Assembly (NCBI GenBank): GCA_965248925.1
Contig: CBDFLE010000006.1
Span: 608,001 to 672,000 of the forward strand
Source of the DNA: Candidatus Multivoradales bacterium
GTDB lineage: Bacteria; Acidobacteriota; Thermoanaerobaculia; Multivoradales; J023
DNA length: 64,000 nucleotides
Reading direction: 5' to 3'
Position numbers and translations under genes: made by a program. The notes under the pieces are model-generated. The model worked only from the letters and a program-made list of their open reading frames with translations. It was not told where the DNA came from and searched no databases. Shown here in pieces: positions 60,562 through 64,000 of this stretch. The first letter of the stretch is position 1, and every line of letters starts with the position of its first letter.

Positions 60562-61436
60562 AGCCCGCACCCTTCGAATACCACCGCCCGGAGACCCTCG
60601 CTGAAGCCCTGGCGCTGCTAGCCGAGCACGGCGACGAGGCCAAGCCCCTGGCCGGCGGCCAAAGTCTGGTGCCAGCAATGAATTTTCGCCTCGCCCAGCC
60701 GGGGATCTTGATCGACATCAACCGCCTCGACGGCCAGGGAGCCGACCTGCTCGGCGGCATCGAGCCAACCGCCGAGGGGGGAGTGCGCATCGGCGCCATG
60801 GCCCGCCACCGCGCCGTCGAACTGAGCCAGCTGATCCGCCAACGCGCGCCACTGCTACACCAGGTTATGCCGTCGATCGCCCACCCCCAGATCCGCAACC
60901 GCGGCACGGTGGGCGGCAGCCTGGCACACGCCGATCCGGCCGCCGAGTTGCCGGCGGTGATGCTGGCTTTGGGCGCTCGCTTCTTCCTCCGCAATACCAC
61001 TGGCGAGCGCTCGGTTGCTGCTGAAGATTTCTACACCGGCCTGTTTGAAACCGCTCTACGACCCGGCGAGCTATTGGCCGCCATCGAGGTGCCACCCACC
61101 TCGGCGGGCAGCGGCTCGGCGTTCCTGGAGCTGTCGCGACGCCAGGGTGACTTCGCCCTGGTGGGAGTCGCCGTGCATCTGGAGCGGGCCGCGGACGGCA
61201 CCCTCCGCCGCCCCAAGATTTGCTACCTGAGCGTCGGCGACGGACCGGTCGAGGCTCGGGCGGCACAAGCGATGCTCACTGGCCAACCGCCCTCGACCGA
61301 GCTGTTCGCAGCCGCCGCAGCGGCTGCCGCCAAGGACGATGTGGACCCGCCCGCCGACATTCACGCCTCGGCAGATTACCGGCGGCATCTGGTCCGGGTG
61401 CTGACCCGGCGGGCGCTCGCGGCAGCACTGCCCTGA
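60558..61436 (+). CDS. Xanthine dehydrogenase family FAD subunit (CoxM-like)
   Basis: MKPAPFEYHRP, AGGQSL and IRNRGTVGGSLAHADPAAE. Confidence 0.93.
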   Translation: MKPAPFEYHRPETLAEALALLAEHGDEAKPLAGGQSLVPAMNFRLAQPGILIDINRLDGQGADLLGGIEPTAEGGVRIGAMARHRAVELSQLIRQRAPLLHQVMPSIAHPQIRNRGTVGGSLAHADPAAELPAVMLALGARFFLRNTTGERSVAAEDFYTGLFETALRPGELLAAIEVPPTSAGSGSAFLELSRRQGDFALVGVAVHLERAADGTLRRPKICYLSVGDGPVEARAAQAMLTGQPPSTELFAAAAAAAAKDDVDPPADIHASADYRRHLVRVLTRRALAAALP

Positions 61437-61591
61437 ATTAACAAACCGCTCAAAATACAGAGCTTACGACGACGACTTGCTATTGAACGCGGTTCCTCGC
61501 CAACTTTCTCGTCCGCCGTGGCCGATCTGGCGCATGGACGTCGCAGAGAGGAGTAGACACTCAGATCTGCCCCTTTTCTTGCGAGGTACCC

Positions 61592-64000
61592 ATGCTACGA
61601 ATCCCCAAACACCTGATCCTGTGGGCAATGCTCACCGTCAGTTGGCCCGCTCTCGGCCAAACTCCCGAGCTGATCCTCGACATAGCCACCATCGGCGACA
61701 GTGCCGCTGATCTCCGTCCTTCTTCATTCCTGTCCGCAGGTGGAGTGACGGTCTTTTCCGCTGACGATCAACTGCACGGCACCGAACTCTGGATCACCGA
61801 CGGTACCGCCGCCGGCACCGAGATGATCATCGACCTATTCCCTGGGCCCACCAACAGCAACCCGGTTCCATTGGCCGTCTTGGGCTTGGACTTCTTCTTC
61901 GTCGGCGAAGACGTCATCCATGGGAAGGAGCTGTGGAAGACCGACGGCACCACTGCGGGTACCGAGCTGGTGCTCGACATCCTGCCCGGAACCGGGGGTT
62001 CGTTTCCCAGTCACTTCGTCGTCCTGGGCGGCAAGTTGGTCTTCAAGGCTCTCGGCAGCTCAGGTGATGAGCTGTGGATCAGCGACGGCACCACCGCTGG
62101 AACCGAGATGGTGGATATCAATCCCGGTCCAACATCGTCGAGTCCTGATGACCTGGAGTTGGTCGGTCTAACTGCCTATTTCTCCGCCGACGATGGCACC
62201 CACGGGCGCGAGCTGTGGCAGACCGATGGGACGGTCGCGGGTACCGAGCTGGTGGCGGACATCGAGCCCGGTGCGGTGGGCTCGGACCCTCACGGTTTGG
62301 AACAGACCGCCTCAATCGTCGTGTTTTCGGCGGAGACAGCAGCCTCGGGTCGCGAGCCCTGGCGCAGCAATGGCACAGCCGTCGGCACCACGCTGCTCGA
62401 CGACATCGTGCCTGGCTCCGGCAGCTCGAACCCCTCTCAATTCAGCTTTGACGGTGCCACCGCGGTCTATTTCGTGGCCGATGACGGCACCACCGGGGCT
62501 GAGCTGTGGAAGGGCGATGGTAGCGGCGCCACCTTCGTCCGCGACCTCAATCCGGGAACTGGTGGAGGTTCGATCTCGCAACTCACTCCCCTGGACGGCA
62601 AGATGATCTTCTCGGCCAACAACGGTTCTGCCGGCCAAGAGCCCTGGGTGTCCGACGGCACCTTCGCCGGCACCTTCATGCTCGGAGATCTGGCGGTGTC
62701 CCCAGGTATTACCAGCTCCACACCCAACAGCGTTACAGTCTTTGACGATATGGTCTACTTCGCTGCCTTCGGTAGCAGCCTCGGACGAGAGCTGTGGCAA
62801 ACCGATGGAACAGCCCTGGGCACTACGCTGGTCATCGACCTGGATCCAGGCAGCAGCGGCTCGAACCCCACCTCCTTACACGCTACGGCCTCCATGTTGA
62901 TGTTCCAGGCCGAATCGAGCAACGAGCTGGGCATCGAGTTGTGGGTCAGCGACGGCACGGAGGTCGGCACTGAAACCCTCACCGACACCCAGGAATTCAG
63001 CTCCGAGCTCACCACTCCGGTGTTTGTCGGCGACCTCGCCTTCTTTCTCGCCGACGAATCGGTTCACGGCGAGGAACTATGGATCAGCGATGGCACCGCC
63101 TCTGGCACCTTCGTGGTGGACATTCGCCCAGGGCTTGACAGCTCCAACCTAGCCGACCTGACGGCCTGGGACGATCGCCTTTTCTTTGTTGCCGACGACG
63201 GCGTCCACGGTAGAGAGCTGTGGGTTTCTGACGGCACGGTTCTCGGAACCGTGCTCTTTGCAGATCTGGAGATTGGAGCTTCAGGCTCCAACCCTGGCCA
63301 GCCCACCGTGGTCGGCGACCAGCTATTCTTCAGAGCTGACGTGGGTCTTGAGCAGGCCGAGCTGTGGGCCAGCGATGGCACCGAGTTGGGCACGGCTCTG
63401 GTCAAGGACATCTGGCCCGAGGATGACGAGTCTTCGTACCCCGATAATCTCACCCGGGTGGGGGATCGGTTGTTCTTCACCGCCGAGAACGGAGTCGACG
63501 GCGACGAGCTGTGGATCAGCGACGGCACTGAGGTGGGCACAACGCAGGTACTCGATATCCGCCCCGGCAGCAGCGGCGCGAATCCCGAGAAGCTCACCGA
63601 CGTCGACGGCGCCATCTTCTTCTCCGCCGATGACGGGGTCGCCGGACGCGAGCTGTGGACCAGCGACGGTACCGCTTTTGGCACTTTCTTGGTACTCGAT
63701 ATCGAAAGCGGCTCCAACGGCTCTCGCCCCGAAGACTTGACCGCCTTGGGCTGTTTACTGGTCTTTGACGGAGACGACCCGCTGACCGGCGATGAGCCCT
63801 GGGTGAGTGATGGCACGGCCCTTGGTACTTTCCCCTTGGCAGATATCGACCTGGGAAGCTTAGGCTCGGATCCGACGGATTTCCTGTCGGTCGGCAATCT
63901 GGTGTTTTTCAGCGCCGAGGATCCTCTGACCGGCGACGAACTCTGGGCCACCGATGGCACGATCGCCGGCACAGCATTGGTGGCTGACCTGGTACCGGGC
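61592..64000 (+). CDS. Secreted ELWxxDGT-repeat beta-propeller protein, 3' truncated by window edge and missing from the ORF track
   Basis: GAGG RBS and ATG 61592; signal peptide MLRIPKHLILWAMLTVSWPALG; about 16 E(L/P)WxxDGT repeats of roughly 48 aa; no stop seen before 64000. Confidence 0.92.
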   Translation, partial: MLRIPKHLILWAMLTVSWPALGQTPELILDIATIGDSAADLRPSSFLSAGGVTVFSADDQLHGTELWITDGTAAGTEMIIDLFPGPTNSNPVPLAVLGLDFFFVGEDVIHGKELWKTDGTTAGTELVLDILPGTGGSFPSHFVVLGGKLVFKALGSSGDELWISDGTTAGTEMVDINPGPTSSSPDDLELVGLTAYFSADDGTHGRELWQTDGTVAGTELVADIEPGAVGSDPHGLEQTASIVVFSAETAASGREPWRSNGTAVGTTLLDDIVPGSGSSNPSQFSFDGATAVYFVADDGTTGAELWKGDGSGATFVRDLNPGTGGGSISQLTPLDGKMIFSANNGSAGQEPWVSDGTFAGTFMLGDLAVSPGITSSTPNSVTVFDDMVYFAAFGSSLGRELWQTDGTALGTTLVIDLDPGSSGSNPTSLHATASMLMFQAESSNELGIELWVSDGTEVGTETLTDTQEFSSELTTPVFVGDLAFFLADESVHGEELWISDGTASGTFVVDIRPGLDSSNLADLTAWDDRLFFVADDGVHGRELWVSDGTVLGTVLFADLEIGASGSNPGQPTVVGDQLFFRADVGLEQAELWASDGTELGTALVKDIWPEDDESSYPDNLTRVGDRLFFTAENGVDGDELWISDGTEVGTTQVLDIRPGSSGANPEKLTDVDGAIFFSADDGVAGRELWTSDGTAFGTFLVLDIESGSNGSRPEDLTALGCLLVFDGDDPLTGDEPWVSDGTALGTFPLADIDLGSLGSDPTDFLSVGNLVFFSAEDPLTGDELWATDGTIAGTALVADLVPG

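Noticed and set aside
57704-61436. Aerobic form I CO dehydrogenase
   Set aside because: The active-site loop is PYRGAGR rather than AYXCSFR, and the gene order is S-L-M.
61780-63960. Regularly spaced GAGCTGTGG...GACGGCAC repeats as a CRISPR or DNA-level array
   Set aside because: They vary at codon wobble positions and are fully explained by the ELWxxDGT protein repeats.

Overview
GC-rich bacterial window. The gene content (many ECF sigma/Ser-Thr kinase pairs, HTH-TPR proteins, ELWxxDGT and CSLREA surface proteins) suggests Acidobacteriota, possibly Thermoanaerobaculia; this is inference. The housekeeping backbone is rplU-rpmA-obgE-nadD-rsfS, gcvT-gcvH, gluQ, rarD, a cyclophilin, a peptide ABC transporter and a coxSLM-like molybdoenzyme. 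Five accessory signals stand out. (1) An integrase-less ~8 kb island (8337-16319) is bounded by 106-bp direct repeats that duplicate the 3' end of a GMC oxidoreductase gene. It carries an HTH-TPR regulator split by an IS3 element (GGCC target duplication), two paralogous small helical proteins and a coupled pair of secreted proteins. (2) A mirror-symmetric block of two ECF43-like sigma/kinase pairs has a Septu-like ATPase-HNH pair overlapping one of them and is flanked by secreted beta-helix/dockerin genes; two of these share a bipartite upstream motif. (3) A translationally coupled three-gene operon (40070-43184) encodes a PD-(D/E)xK-like protein, a small helical protein and a KGGVGR ParA/MinD-type ATPase with extra domains, and is a candidate undescribed conflict system. 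(4) An internally deleted sat-cysC is framed by a 16-bp tandem repeat. (5) gcvT has a 1-bp frameshift. No tRNA, rRNA or CRISPR array was recognised. All calls come from reading motifs by eye; no database searches were run.
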